From Somniosus microcephalus (Eukaryota), in contig CM126209.1 of assembly GCA_052327205.1 (NCBI GenBank), positions 33,914,001 to 33,978,000 on the forward strand: DNA of 64,000 nucleotides, written 5' to 3'. Positions 63,950-64,000 of the stretch are shown piece after piece. The notes under the pieces were generated by a model that was not told the origin of the DNA, searched no databases, and saw only the letters and a list, made by a program, of their open reading frames with translations. The first letter of the stretch is position 1. The number at the start of each line of letters is the position of its first letter. A program made the translations under genes and the position numbers.

Positions 63950-64000
63950 CTAGAATCATAGAATGGTTACAGCATGGAAGGCGGCCATTGGGCCCATCGA
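63950..64000 (-). mobile_element. CR1 3' end running off the window
   Basis: tagaatcatagaatggttacagcatggaaggcggccattgggcccatcga is the reverse complement of a CR1 tail. Confidence 0.75.

Larger units (their letters stand above)
2511..64000 (-). other. TCF7L2: Large intron upstream of the TCF7L2 exon (preceding exon not found in the window)
   Basis: No other TCF7L2-like peptide seen; the orthologous vertebrate intron is known to be tens of kb; content is AT-rich unique sequence plus repeats. Confidence 0.8.

Overview
Eukaryotic DNA, most likely from a cartilaginous fish (shark-type HE1/V-SINEs, Deu-domain SINEs, CR1, L2, RTE, Penelope). The only host coding sequence I can support is one 102-bp minus-strand exon (2409-2510, [34 protein letters not shown]), recognisable as the TCF7L2 exon usually numbered 5. 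The rest is intron: about 61 kb of the large upstream intron and 2.4 kb of the downstream one. The intron is full of transposons: a full-length but decayed Mag-like Gypsy LTR element inserted in a CR1 and carrying a nested solo LTR, a scrambled Gypsy-pol/SINE chimera, LINE fragments (L2, CR1, RTE, RTEX-like, Rex1/Babar), Penelope fragments with hammerhead-ribozyme motifs, and MITE-like palindromes. I see no demonstrably new gene system. The best leads are a candidate Wnt-responsive internal first exon near 43 kb that could give a truncated (dominant-negative-type) TCF7L2, several base-resolved template-switch/inversion events, and a MITE carrying RFX X-box motifs. Family names come from motif recognition by eye, not from database searches.
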